DNA of 44,054 bases, taken from positions 1 through 44,054 of IMG/VR virus record IMGVR_UViG_3300034777_000284; one strand, written 5' to 3'. The notes under the pieces are model-generated. The model had not been told where the DNA came from, did no database searches, and saw only the letters and a list, made by a program, of their open reading frames with translations. Both the position numbers and the translations under genes were made by a program. Shown one piece after another: positions 34,767-44,054 of this stretch. This DNA is from a virus (Duplodnaviria; Caudoviricetes). Each line of letters starts with the position of its first letter. The stretch's first letter is position 1.

Positions 34767-36977
34767 ATGTCTTTATCAAGTTTTTTCGGCGGTGCGGGCG
34801 CAAATCAGAGCTACCGCGACGACGTCCGTGCAGCGACGTATCGGCAGAAGCAGATTGATCTCCTTGAGGGCGAGCAAGCTCTAAAAGATGACCAGCTTGC
34901 TCTGGATCAGTCGCGAGTAATTGCATCGCAGCTGGGGGTTTTGTCGAGAGACGGATTATCTATTGATACTAAGAAACTGACTGAACGTCTGGCGGCACAG
35001 CGAGAAAGCGGCCAAGTAGACCCGTCGCTCCAAAAACTGATGACTACGGTGGGTAACTCCGATTTTTCCGTAAAGACCAACCCAGGTTTTCAGTTCAAGC
35101 AATTCAACGTAAGCCCTGATGGCTCGTTTTCTATGATCGGTTCGTACGAAGGCCAAGAAGATAATCCTAGAGCCGCGACTGTTAATGGCGGTACAGATGA
35201 TAGTGAAGATGTCATATTTGCTTCACCTGAACAGGTCGCTAACGCCGTAGGTAATGGGTACAACTCACTTTGGCAGCGTAAGGGCAATGCAGGTTCTTAC
35301 ATGCAAACTCTGAACAAGGTTCAGCTAGGCGAACTTTCTAGCGACTTAGATGAGGCACAACAGAATACCCGCGCTGCAGTCGGCCAGTTAAGAAACCAAG
35401 TAGACCTTTTCTTGGGACAGTACAAAGGCACTCCTCAAGAACAAGCAGCACAACAAGCCGCAAGAAAGCTAACGACTGCGCTCGCAAGCGCTGACGGGAT
35501 CGACGCGCAGCTTGAGGTGTTGCAAGATTTTGGCGAACAGCTTGGCGTGGACGGCATAACTGAAATCGCAAACGCTGTAAAAGGTGACGCTGCCGCTTCT
35601 CCTGCTACAGCTACTCCTGCTTCCGCTTCCGCTTCCGCTTCTCCTGCTACAGCTACTCCTGCTTCCGACACAGCAACAGCGCCGGATACAACTGCGCAAG
35701 TAACCGACGCTGATATAGACGCTTATAAAAAGGCTAATCCGCTCGAAGCGAACTTACCCGACAGGGTTATAGCGAGCAGGCTTCGTGGGCAGCAGCGGGA
35801 AGAAATGAGTCTTGCAGAGCGCGCAGGCGCAAGAAACAACGCAGGCGCAGAAGACAACAGCGCGCGCATCGCAGAGATCGAACAGATCCTCGCCCGCCCT
35901 CTCCCCAAGAACGCTCGTTCGGGAGTGGTAAAACGTCGGCAAGCACTCCAAAAAGAACTTGAAGGGCTGCAAGGCAAACCGCCTGCACCGGCTGCTACTG
36001 AGAGTGCGCCAGGCAACGATGAGGCTGTTGCCCCAGCTGTGGCGGAACTAGGTGAACAGGTCAAAGTCGCTCAAGCCGCAGGAGATACGAACGCAGTAAA
36101 AGTCATACCGACGCGCGAGCAGGTAGCGGCGCTCAAGCAATCTCTGGAGGCCAAAGGAATACGCTCGTTTGAGGACATCGAGAGAGCTTCGCTGAAGGAA
36201 CAGCGCGCTTTGTTAGCAGTCCTCTCTACAGATCAGAACGTTGACCCAGCACAGCGCGAAAGGTACATGATCGCCCTGAACAATATGATCGAAACTGGCA
36301 CGTTGTCGTATGACAGAAAGTCTTTAGACGCGGCAGTTTTGGATGAGCGAAAGCAAGGTGCAACCGAGTATTCGTACGAAACAGCGCGCCAAAACATTAT
36401 CCGGCTGAGGGATGAATTCGTTTCAGGAGAGGTCGGCACGAACTCCGCCTTCATAAACAAACAAGGTGAGAACGTATCGAAGCTGTTTATTGACGGCGAC
36501 GGTAACGCCCTCGATCCTTCTGTTGAGCAGTATCAAACAGCTGCGCTCGGCCAGAACGGCTCCATCACAAATCTTTTCCGGCGCTTACAAGGCGCTATGA
36601 ATCGTCAAAAGTCTGGGGCTGGCGGACGCGATGTCGCAGGTGCCGAGAGCCGACAGCTTACTGACGCGCTCCTTGCTCAGATCAGCTTTGGTATGCAGTT
36701 TGTAAGTCAAGACGGCGACTTAGAATGGAGTTTAGCTACCGATTCGGACGCACCGCTGACGGCAAATGACAGCCGATTGGCTCGAATAACAAGGGACGGT
36801 AAGAAAGATGCGCAAGGTCGCAGCGGCATAATTATCTTGAAACCTGGCACTAACACGCAGGACGGCGACGCATTCAGCGCGAAACAGGTACAGGAGTTCT
36901 TTGGCGGCAACGACGAACTGTCTCGATTCTTCTTTACGAAGCTCGATGAGATCGAGCAACAGAGGGCCGGTAACTAA
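34767..36977 (+). CDS. Internal virion protein (736 aa)
   Basis: Helical, low-complexity linker; coupled to the largest gene. Confidence 0.6.
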   Translation: MSLSSFFGGAGANQSYRDDVRAATYRQKQIDLLEGEQALKDDQLALDQSRVIASQLGVLSRDGLSIDTKKLTERLAAQRESGQVDPSLQKLMTTVGNSDFSVKTNPGFQFKQFNVSPDGSFSMIGSYEGQEDNPRAATVNGGTDDSEDVIFASPEQVANAVGNGYNSLWQRKGNAGSYMQTLNKVQLGELSSDLDEAQQNTRAAVGQLRNQVDLFLGQYKGTPQEQAAQQAARKLTTALASADGIDAQLEVLQDFGEQLGVDGITEIANAVKGDAAASPATATPASASASASPATATPASDTATAPDTTAQVTDADIDAYKKANPLEANLPDRVIASRLRGQQREEMSLAERAGARNNAGAEDNSARIAEIEQILARPLPKNARSGVVKRRQALQKELEGLQGKPPAPAATESAPGNDEAVAPAVAELGEQVKVAQAAGDTNAVKVIPTREQVAALKQSLEAKGIRSFEDIERASLKEQRALLAVLSTDQNVDPAQRERYMIALNNMIETGTLSYDRKSLDAAVLDERKQGATEYSYETARQNIIRLRDEFVSGEVGTNSAFINKQGENVSKLFIDGDGNALDPSVEQYQTAALGQNGSITNLFRRLQGAMNRQKSGAGGRDVAGAESRQLTDALLAQISFGMQFVSQDGDLEWSLATDSDAPLTANDSRLARITRDGKKDAQGRSGIIILKPGTNTQDGDAFSAKQVQEFFGGNDELSRFFFTKLDEIEQQRAGN
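35593..35667 (+). repeat. 33-bp in-frame direct duplication
   Basis: CCGCTTCTCCTGCTACAGCTACTCCTGCTTCCG at 35593-35625 and 35635-35667 (ASPATATPAS x2). Confidence 0.85.
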
Positions 36978-39900
36978 TGGCTGATCCTGTAGAGTCGCTA
37001 TTGAAGTTCGACTACTCAGAGCCGGATCGCGACTATGACGTAACCGCGCGCACGGGAACCACGCCCGATGGCCTAGGGGAAACGTTTGCCCGAGGTTTTG
37101 ACGTCGGCCTTGAAAACATCCAGACGGACAACGACTACTTCAAAGGTCTGTTCAATACTGTAATTGGGGACGAAGAAGCAGCAGCTGAAAATATTGCAGC
37201 TGCTCGTGCCCGCGAACAACGTACCTCCACGTCGTTCGGAGAGTTACAGGACTTCGAAGGGTTTGTTGAGAACCCAACTGTCGGCGGCTTCTTTACGCAG
37301 ATATCTAAGAACCTCGGTCAAATTTCGCCTTATGTAGGCGCGACGCTCAGCAGCGGCCTCGCTGGAGCCGCAGTCTCGGGCCTTACCAAACTCGGCGTCA
37401 GCGCGGGAAGCCGTCACGTAACAAAGCGCCTAGTGCGAGATGCTTTTGAGAAGAAGCTCAAGGGCGAAGCAACTCCTGAAGAGGAACGCATACTCGCTGT
37501 CTCTTACCGACTTGCGCAGCGCAATAACGCCGCCGACAAGATAACCCTAAAAGGCGGTGCTGCCGCTGGCATGTACGGCCAAGAGTACAGCAGCATGGCT
37601 GGCTCAAACTTTGGCGAGAACCTCGGCTTCTTAGACGATGAGGAAGCAGCGCTCAGGTCGGCGGGGTTGGCCGTGCCGCAAGCGTTTATTGGCCTCAAGG
37701 GCGAGCAGCTTCTGACAAGAATGCTGATGAAAGATCTCGGTGACCTCGCAGCAAAGCGGTCAACGAGAGAGGGCTCCTCGTTTGCGAAGCTCGCCAAAAA
37801 TCTAGCGAGGGGCGGTGCTACAGAAAGCGTAGCCGAAACTTTGCAAGAAGGTATTAGTGTTGCTAATCGATTCGACATTGATCCTGAATACACTACGCAA
37901 GACGCTGCCCTTCGAATGGGCGAATCTGCTTTTGCTGGTTTCTTCGGCGGCCTTGGTATCTCAGCAGCCGGAAGCGGCACAGTGGGTACTCTTCGCGGCG
38001 CTCAGAACGTCATGGGCAAAGCCAAGGGCTACATCGAGCAGGCCCGACAGCAGCAGGTCGATGCAGAGATTGATAACGAGCAGTACGGCGTGGACTCAAT
38101 GGGGTTCACGACACCGGAACCACAAAGCTCAGTTAACGCACAAGTCAGAGCAGCCGTAGACCCTACTACCGCGCGGCACTCCATTTGGGTCGAAGGGCCA
38201 AACCCTGAGTACGACGCGTCCGAGACAGAAACAAAAGAAGTCGAGATCGAGGCTGGCGTTAGTGAGGACGGGAACGTCACCTACCAAAAGTTCTATACGC
38301 GCTTCGTACCTGGTCGCGGCACGATCATCTCTAAGAACTTTGACATAGTCGAAGAAGTCGCTGAGTCACAGGCCAGTGATGAGTCACTTGCTGCGGCACT
38401 ACAATACAGCGACGTTAAGCCGATAGATGGCGACATTGTTGTAGAAGCACTAGACCGCGAAGGCAACGTAGTCTGGCAGCAAGGTACAAACGAAGACGGA
38501 TTGGCTGGTGCGTTTAGCGCAGCTGGTTCTCAGGTTCCTGCTGGTGGGTCAGTAAGACGTCGCTCGGTTAAAGAAGCGCTCGAAGAACGGCAAACGCTGT
38601 TCAACCAAGAACAAGGCCCGCAAGTAAGGAACATTGATACGGAAAGCTTTGAAGATGGCTTCTCCGATATCGATAACGAGCTAAAGGTCGATCAAGAACT
38701 TGGCTTTGAAATTGACGAATTTGGCATCGGCAGTACCGAGCTTGGCGATGCGAAAGAAATAAACATTGGTAATGAGGAAACTTATAAGCCTCGCTCCGAC
38801 GGCAATAGAATCTTCGATTCGACCAACGAAGCACGCAGCGAGTTCGCAGCAGCGTTCGAAGATGTAGATCTATCGGACTTAGGAAAGGATGAGTTCACAG
38901 GGGTCTCTTTCGCAGAAGGCAGCAAGTTTGCGCGGATGTCGGATGCTTTCTTGCGGCAAGCCGCGAAAGCAAAGCGGGAAAACCCAGGTACAGACATCTT
39001 CGTCATCGAGAATGAGGACGGTAGTCACTCACTCATGCAGACGGTCAGCCCTGAAGCTGAGTTATTTGGGTTTGATTCCCGCACTGACACCCTTCTCGAT
39101 CCTGCAGTTGAAGCAGAGATAGACGCTGAGGCTGCGCGTGCTGAAGCAACGGAAGCAGAGCTTGATGTCGAAGAAGCCGTCAATCAGATTAAAGACACAA
39201 CGGAGCTACAACCTGGGCTCGACTTATTCGACCAGCAGCCAAGAGAAGCCCCACCAGCTAGCCCTGTTGAGCCAGACCCTGCGCAGCGTGGTGAAGACGC
39301 CCCACGAGTTATTGGTGGAGTGGCGACAGCAGCACAGTTTATTCGCAACGCAATTAAAAAGGCGAAAGAAAGCCGGTTCGCGCGTCAGCGCCGCACAAAG
39401 AAAGGCTGGGTAAACAAGAAGCCAGAGGAACTCGTCACCGTAGATGGAGTCGCTGTAAACCTTGTCGATCTAGTCAAAGACGGACAGCGTCTTTTTTCAA
39501 TCGAACAGCGCGGCGAGTTTACGCAAGGCGGTCGAGTAACAGCGATGCGCAACGGTTTGTTTCAGATAATCGGTTCGCTGATTGCTGAAGGCAAAGTGGT
39601 GAAGATTGGCGGATATGACATTCGCTCCAAGCTTCTCAAAGATCTGCAAGACATATCGACCCAGATCGCTCAAGAAGAGCAAGCAGTGGCAGACGCGGCG
39701 TTGGAGTGGGACTTAGATCCTGACAGCCCAGACTTGAATGCCCGCCTAGCTGAAGTCCAGCAGTACTTATCTGAGGTTGAAGGCAGAGTCGCTACGGGTC
39801 GTCGTGCTGACAGAGAGGCCCGAAGAAATTCTCCACTGGACAGACTAAAAATCCAGCGCGCGAAATGGGCACGCGACTACGCCGAGTATCAAAAGCTTAC

Positions 39901-42900
39901 GGAGCAAGGCGTGACAGGCCTAACAGAACCTGTGAAGCCGCCACTTCTCGCGCTGATGGACGTGCAGGCTGGCATGGAAGACGGACGGCCAATCACCGTC
40001 GGCAAGCTCCTAAATAAAACACCAGAGAACACGCCCTCAAAGGATGCAATCTACACGCTGACAAACGAAGACGGTTTTGTTGTTTTCGAAGGTAATAAGC
40101 AGCAGGTGCAAGAGGAGATTGAAAGCTCCAACAGGCCTTACATCATCAGCAAGAATGGCAAGCGCCTAACTGACGAAGAGTTTGCACAAGAGCGCAACGT
40201 AGGCTTCAACGACCGCCCGACTAATTTCCGGCCCGACGAGCCTGTGGCTGACACGCCGAGCGAAGACTTAAGGCCGATCGGCTTTTCAGAGCAAACCACG
40301 GACGCTGATGCTGATTATGCTTTTGATCCTGAAGCGGAAAACCTAGGTGACCTCAAGCCCCTCGGCGTAAAGGCTGGCACGATCGCAGAGCGCGTTGTAA
40401 ATATCGCGCGCCGAACGTTGAACTTGGATAAGCCTACGTCAGTCTTGTCAGTCCGCGAGTTGCTCCGTATGGACAACTTCGAAGACGCATTTAGCGACCC
40501 GAGGGTGGCTGCGTACGTTAAGGACGTCGCAGAACAGCTTGTAGCCGACCCGCAGGGCGGCGGCCGGTATATCGGATTTGGCGACGCGCACATCATCCTT
40601 GTTGATGAAAGCGCGGGTAAGAACGATCTGGACACCGCGATGATTGTCGCCCATGAGCTTGGGCACGCTTTGTTTAAAGAACAGCTGTCTTCAACTCTGA
40701 AGAATCCCGCACTGTACAACCGCCTGTTCGACGAGTTTCAAAAGTCGCGCGATGCAGCTAACGCCCCTGCTGCCTATAAAGGTAAGCATGGTTTCGAGGA
40801 GTGGTATGCAGATCAGACCGCTAACTGGGCCATCGCTGAATACGCCAAAGACAGAAAGAAAGGCTTGGTAGGCGCGCACTTCCAGAAAGTTGCTCGCAAG
40901 CTAAAGCAGTTTTACAACGCCTTCTCTGCTGACATGAAGAAACGTTTTGGCCGTGACGCTGCTTCGCCAGAATTCCGTGGCTATATGGATGAAGTTATAC
41001 GCCGCCGTTCCGAAGGCAGCACGGCATCTGGCGCTCAGACAGCATCGATGCAGGAGAAGGTCATTGTTCGCAAGATGGCAGAAGTCATTGAGAAACAGCA
41101 GCCAGGTTTTGTCGGCGCGATTAACAAGAAAGTACAGCAGCTGATTAGAAGCGACGGTTTCACACCTGTTTACAACTTCATTTTCACAGCTGATTCGCGC
41201 CTCCGAAAAGTCGCTGGCGACAAGGTAGCCGACCTGTTCTACGGCAGATCGCAGCAGGCTAAAGGCAAAGGACGAAACAAGCTTGGGTTCATCAAAACCT
41301 CGATGCTTGAAGGTAACCGCTGGTTTAACAAACTGGAGGACGCAATCGATGGCGATCTAGACTCTCCCGAGGTACAAGCCGATATCGATTTGGCGTTTTC
41401 AGATACACCGACCCGAGACCTGACGAACAAGAACGCAATCGCTGTGCGTAAGTGGTTTGATCAGTTCTACGATGAGTACATCGAGCCGTCTCAGGCTGAC
41501 ATCGGCAGGCAGACTGATTACGCACCCGTTGTGCTCAAGCTTTCTGAAATCGAGAAAAACCCAGACGTACTAATCAAGCTAATCCTCGAATCTGATCCAA
41601 AGGCAAAGCCTGCGGACATCAAGTTTGCCGTGCAGAAACTGGTCAATTATCAGCAAGCCGTTATGGACGGTTCCCCGATAGATATCAAGGAAACCAACCC
41701 TGCGCAGTCAGCTGAAGCTGCAATCAAGCTGACAAAGGCTGTAGGTAAAGACAAGCTGAAAGACGCCGGTCTACTCGAAGATACAGACGTCGCGCTGATG
41801 ACCTACATCACAAAAACAGTTAAACGCGTGGAGTGGAAACGCAATACAGAAGACGCTTTCGGCAACAGTATCTACGAAGAAGAACTGCGCAAATTGTCCG
41901 GCAAGGAACAGGCTGAAGTACAAAAGATCGTACACAAGTATCTTGGCTACCAAGAGTCCCCGCTGAGCCCAATGTGGCGGACGATTAACAGCTGGGGTTC
42001 CGTACTCCAGATCTTTGCGATCCTTCCGCTGGCGGTTTTGGGGTCTATCCCAGAGTTGGCTGGGCCTGTTATTGCGAGCAAAGAATTTGCATCTGTCACC
42101 GAGGGCATGAAAGAAGTCGTAAAAACTGTTCGCAACAGAGACGAAGCCCGTGCCTTAGCGAGAGATATTGGCGTAGTTACTAGTCAGTCTGTCGCGAACA
42201 TCATGATGTCGCAGGCTGAACTGGACTTCATGAGCGAAGGTGCGCGAAAGCTGACCGATGGGTTCTTTCGTGTGACCTTGCTGGACACGTACACCAAGTT
42301 TACGCGCGAGTTCGCTTCGAATATGGGTGTGCGGTTTATTATGAAGCACGCCGATATCGACGGGAACGCGAACGCGTTTTCAAAAAAGTACCTCGATGAG
42401 CTAGGTGTATCGGCGGCGGATGTGCAGGCTTGGTCTAGATCTGACCAGAACTTCAACACACCAGAGGGTCAGCGCGTGAGAATGGCGCTGCAACGCTTTG
42501 TTGAGTCGTCAACGCTACGACCAAACGCTGCTGAAAGACCTCTTTGGGCCTCTGACCCGCATTGGGCACTGTTCTGGCAGTTAAAAGGTTTCTTCTACTC
42601 CTATGGCAAAGTAATGCTTGCAGGCGCACGACGCGAAGCAGCCTCACGTTTGGATGGCGCTAGTGCATCAGACGCTAGTAAGTACGCAGCATTGACTGGC
42701 GCAGCAGGCGTATTTGCCTTGATGGGTATAGCCACTATGCCGCTGGCTATGGTGGGCATGGAGCTTCGTGAATACGCCAAATTTGGTCTTGCTTACGCAA
42801 TTCCTGGGATAGACCACGACGCTAAAGATTACTTCCGCACGGACAACCTCAGTTGGCCTGAATACCTAGGCGCTGCATTTGACCGCTCCTTTGCTGCCGG

Positions 42901-43069
42901 TCCCATAACGATTGCTCAGCAGGCAATGCAGGCAGCTGATTGGGGGCGCGGCGTTACAGGCGCGGCCGCAGTTGTGGCAGGCCCAACCGCTGAAACCGTG
43001 CAGCGTATCTTCACCGATGGTTTTTCCAGCACGTTTGAAAATCGAATGTTACCAACAGGGCTTCTGTAA
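36977..43069 (+). CDS. Large ejection/polyvalent protein with zincin-like motif (2030 aa)
   Basis: ESVAETLQE and Gly-rich hydrophobic segments; AHELGH...FEEWYAD; C-terminal hydrophobic helices. Confidence 0.75.
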   Translation: MADPVESLLKFDYSEPDRDYDVTARTGTTPDGLGETFARGFDVGLENIQTDNDYFKGLFNTVIGDEEAAAENIAAARAREQRTSTSFGELQDFEGFVENPTVGGFFTQISKNLGQISPYVGATLSSGLAGAAVSGLTKLGVSAGSRHVTKRLVRDAFEKKLKGEATPEEERILAVSYRLAQRNNAADKITLKGGAAAGMYGQEYSSMAGSNFGENLGFLDDEEAALRSAGLAVPQAFIGLKGEQLLTRMLMKDLGDLAAKRSTREGSSFAKLAKNLARGGATESVAETLQEGISVANRFDIDPEYTTQDAALRMGESAFAGFFGGLGISAAGSGTVGTLRGAQNVMGKAKGYIEQARQQQVDAEIDNEQYGVDSMGFTTPEPQSSVNAQVRAAVDPTTARHSIWVEGPNPEYDASETETKEVEIEAGVSEDGNVTYQKFYTRFVPGRGTIISKNFDIVEEVAESQASDESLAAALQYSDVKPIDGDIVVEALDREGNVVWQQGTNEDGLAGAFSAAGSQVPAGGSVRRRSVKEALEERQTLFNQEQGPQVRNIDTESFEDGFSDIDNELKVDQELGFEIDEFGIGSTELGDAKEINIGNEETYKPRSDGNRIFDSTNEARSEFAAAFEDVDLSDLGKDEFTGVSFAEGSKFARMSDAFLRQAAKAKRENPGTDIFVIENEDGSHSLMQTVSPEAELFGFDSRTDTLLDPAVEAEIDAEAARAEATEAELDVEEAVNQIKDTTELQPGLDLFDQQPREAPPASPVEPDPAQRGEDAPRVIGGVATAAQFIRNAIKKAKESRFARQRRTKKGWVNKKPEELVTVDGVAVNLVDLVKDGQRLFSIEQRGEFTQGGRVTAMRNGLFQIIGSLIAEGKVVKIGGYDIRSKLLKDLQDISTQIAQEEQAVADAALEWDLDPDSPDLNARLAEVQQYLSEVEGRVATGRRADREARRNSPLDRLKIQRAKWARDYAEYQKLTEQGVTGLTEPVKPPLLALMDVQAGMEDGRPITVGKLLNKTPENTPSKDAIYTLTNEDGFVVFEGNKQQVQEEIESSNRPYIISKNGKRLTDEEFAQERNVGFNDRPTNFRPDEPVADTPSEDLRPIGFSEQTTDADADYAFDPEAENLGDLKPLGVKAGTIAERVVNIARRTLNLDKPTSVLSVRELLRMDNFEDAFSDPRVAAYVKDVAEQLVADPQGGGRYIGFGDAHIILVDESAGKNDLDTAMIVAHELGHALFKEQLSSTLKNPALYNRLFDEFQKSRDAANAPAAYKGKHGFEEWYADQTANWAIAEYAKDRKKGLVGAHFQKVARKLKQFYNAFSADMKKRFGRDAASPEFRGYMDEVIRRRSEGSTASGAQTASMQEKVIVRKMAEVIEKQQPGFVGAINKKVQQLIRSDGFTPVYNFIFTADSRLRKVAGDKVADLFYGRSQQAKGKGRNKLGFIKTSMLEGNRWFNKLEDAIDGDLDSPEVQADIDLAFSDTPTRDLTNKNAIAVRKWFDQFYDEYIEPSQADIGRQTDYAPVVLKLSEIEKNPDVLIKLILESDPKAKPADIKFAVQKLVNYQQAVMDGSPIDIKETNPAQSAEAAIKLTKAVGKDKLKDAGLLEDTDVALMTYITKTVKRVEWKRNTEDAFGNSIYEEELRKLSGKEQAEVQKIVHKYLGYQESPLSPMWRTINSWGSVLQIFAILPLAVLGSIPELAGPVIASKEFASVTEGMKEVVKTVRNRDEARALARDIGVVTSQSVANIMMSQAELDFMSEGARKLTDGFFRVTLLDTYTKFTREFASNMGVRFIMKHADIDGNANAFSKKYLDELGVSAADVQAWSRSDQNFNTPEGQRVRMALQRFVESSTLRPNAAERPLWASDPHWALFWQLKGFFYSYGKVMLAGARREAASRLDGASASDASKYAALTGAAGVFALMGIATMPLAMVGMELREYAKFGLAYAIPGIDHDAKDYFRTDNLSWPEYLGAAFDRSFAAGPITIAQQAMQAADWGRGVTGAAAVVAGPTAETVQRIFTDGFSSTFENRMLPTGLL

Positions 43070-43446
43070 TGAGTTTAGTAGGACAGCTAATAGGGCCAGT
43101 GAGTGGCCTGCTCGACAAATTTATCGAGGATAAAGATCAAAAGAATGCCTTGGCGCACGAGATTGCGACCATGTCGGAAAAGCACGGGCAGCAGATTGCG
43201 CTCGAACAAATCGAGGTTTTGAAACTCGACGCTAAGGGCAACTGGTTCCAATCCAGCTGGCGGCCTTTAGCTGGTTACACATGCGTGCTTGGGCTAATGG
43301 TGAATTTCCTGATTTCCCCTATTGCGGCTGGGTTTGGCTTAGTCATCCCACAGGCTGATGCAGGCGTAATGATGCCCTTGCTTCTTGGAATGCTGGGCTT
43401 GGGTGGGGCTAGGAGTTTTGAGCGCGTGAAAGGCGTAGGAAAGTAA
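43069..43446 (+). CDS. Holin (GTA-type 3TM family)
   Basis: LLDKFIEDKD, WFQSSWRP, LLGMLGLGGARSFER. Confidence 0.85.
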   Translation: MSLVGQLIGPVSGLLDKFIEDKDQKNALAHEIATMSEKHGQQIALEQIEVLKLDAKGNWFQSSWRPLAGYTCVLGLMVNFLISPIAAGFGLVIPQADAGVMMPLLLGMLGLGGARSFERVKGVGK

Positions 43447-43797
43447 ATGAGCGAATACATGTACTTCAAGATTGAGGACTTTGATTGCCAAGAAACTGGC
43501 GAAAACGAAATGGATTCTGAGTTCATAAAGAAGTTAGACGAACTTCGAGAAGCCTGCGGTTGGCCGTTTATCGTGACCAGCGGGTATCGGTCGCCTAATC
43601 ACAGTATCGAGCAGAAAAAAACGCGCCCCGGTCAACACACCAAAGGTAACGCAGCAGATATCAAGGTGTCTGGTGGCGCGCAGCGGTTGGACATAGTGAA
43701 GAAGGCTTGCTACCTCGGATTTTCTGGGATCGGTGTGGCTAAAGGCTTCGTCCACGTCGACACGAGAACCACGACTCCAGTTATGTGGTGCTATTAA
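43447..43797 (+). CDS. Endolysin, peptidase M15
   Basis: TSGYRS, H..G.AADI, FVHVD. Confidence 0.9.
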   Translation: MSEYMYFKIEDFDCQETGENEMDSEFIKKLDELREACGWPFIVTSGYRSPNHSIEQKKTRPGQHTKGNAADIKVSGGAQRLDIVKKACYLGFSGIGVAKGFVHVDTRTTTPVMWCY

Positions 43798-43808
43798 TTT
43801 GTGGTAAG

Positions 43809-43827
43809 TTATTAGCATCGCTAATAT
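43809..43827 (+). promoter_or_regulatory. Promoter-operator cassette 10 (tail genes)
   Basis: TTATTAG-CATCG-CTAATAT; TTGTGG-N17-TAATAT. Confidence 0.78.
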
Positions 43828-43853
43828 ACTGCCGGTAGATATAGGTGCATTAA

Positions 43854-44054
43854 ATGGCGTACTCAGAGACCATCAATTTGGTTACAGGCGATACCCTGCC
43901 CGAACTGACCTTCACCTTGAGGGACAGCAACACGGCTGCGTCCGGCCAGACGCTAGACCCAAACAACAGCGCGACATGGGCACCGATAAACGTAAGCAAC
44001 GGATCAGTGAGGCTACGCTTGCGTGAGCTAGGCAGCACCACGGTAAAAAGCACT
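43854..44054 (+). CDS. Partial tail/BppU-N-like protein (3'-truncated)
   Basis: AGGTG RBS; MAYSETINLVTGDTLPELTFTLRD...; open to the window end. Confidence 0.6.
   Translation, partial: MAYSETINLVTGDTLPELTFTLRDSNTAASGQTLDPNNSATWAPINVSNGSVRLRLRELGSTTVKST

Noticed and set aside
35593-35667. Tandem duplication as a regulatory or diversity-generating element
   Set aside because: In-frame slippage within an Ala/Pro/Thr linker; no reverse transcriptase in the window

Overview
The window is most of the genome of a temperate podovirus-type dsDNA phage, apparently in its non-integrated form. An attP-like core (3' end of a tRNA-Ser, 712-731) is flanked by phage genes on both sides, next to a tyrosine integrase and an Xis-like gene. 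A leftward arm (about 1.8-22.4 kb) encodes an XRE regulator, nucleases, an SNF2-type helicase, a primase-helicase, a CsrA homologue, a family A DNA polymerase, an AAA/Nmad5/vWA-peptidase trio and many small early genes. A rightward arm (22.65 kb to the end) encodes HNH, terminases, portal, scaffold, major capsid, adaptors, ejection proteins, holin, M15 endolysin and the start of a tail gene. The host is plausibly a gammaproteobacterium (inferred from CsrA). The most striking signals are non-coding. (1) A 19-bp palindrome ATATTAGY-N3-RCTAATAT occurs at least 10 times; each copy doubles as a sigma70-type promoter pointing into the adjacent operon, suggesting one genome-wide promoter-operator cassette. 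(2) The ~200-nt capsid-gene leader is built from tandem putative H-type pseudoknots. (3) A 13-copy iteron-like GTAGCA array is a candidate origin. (4) A terminator/antiterminator leader precedes an acidic orphan gene. All family names come from motif recognition by eye, not from database searches.
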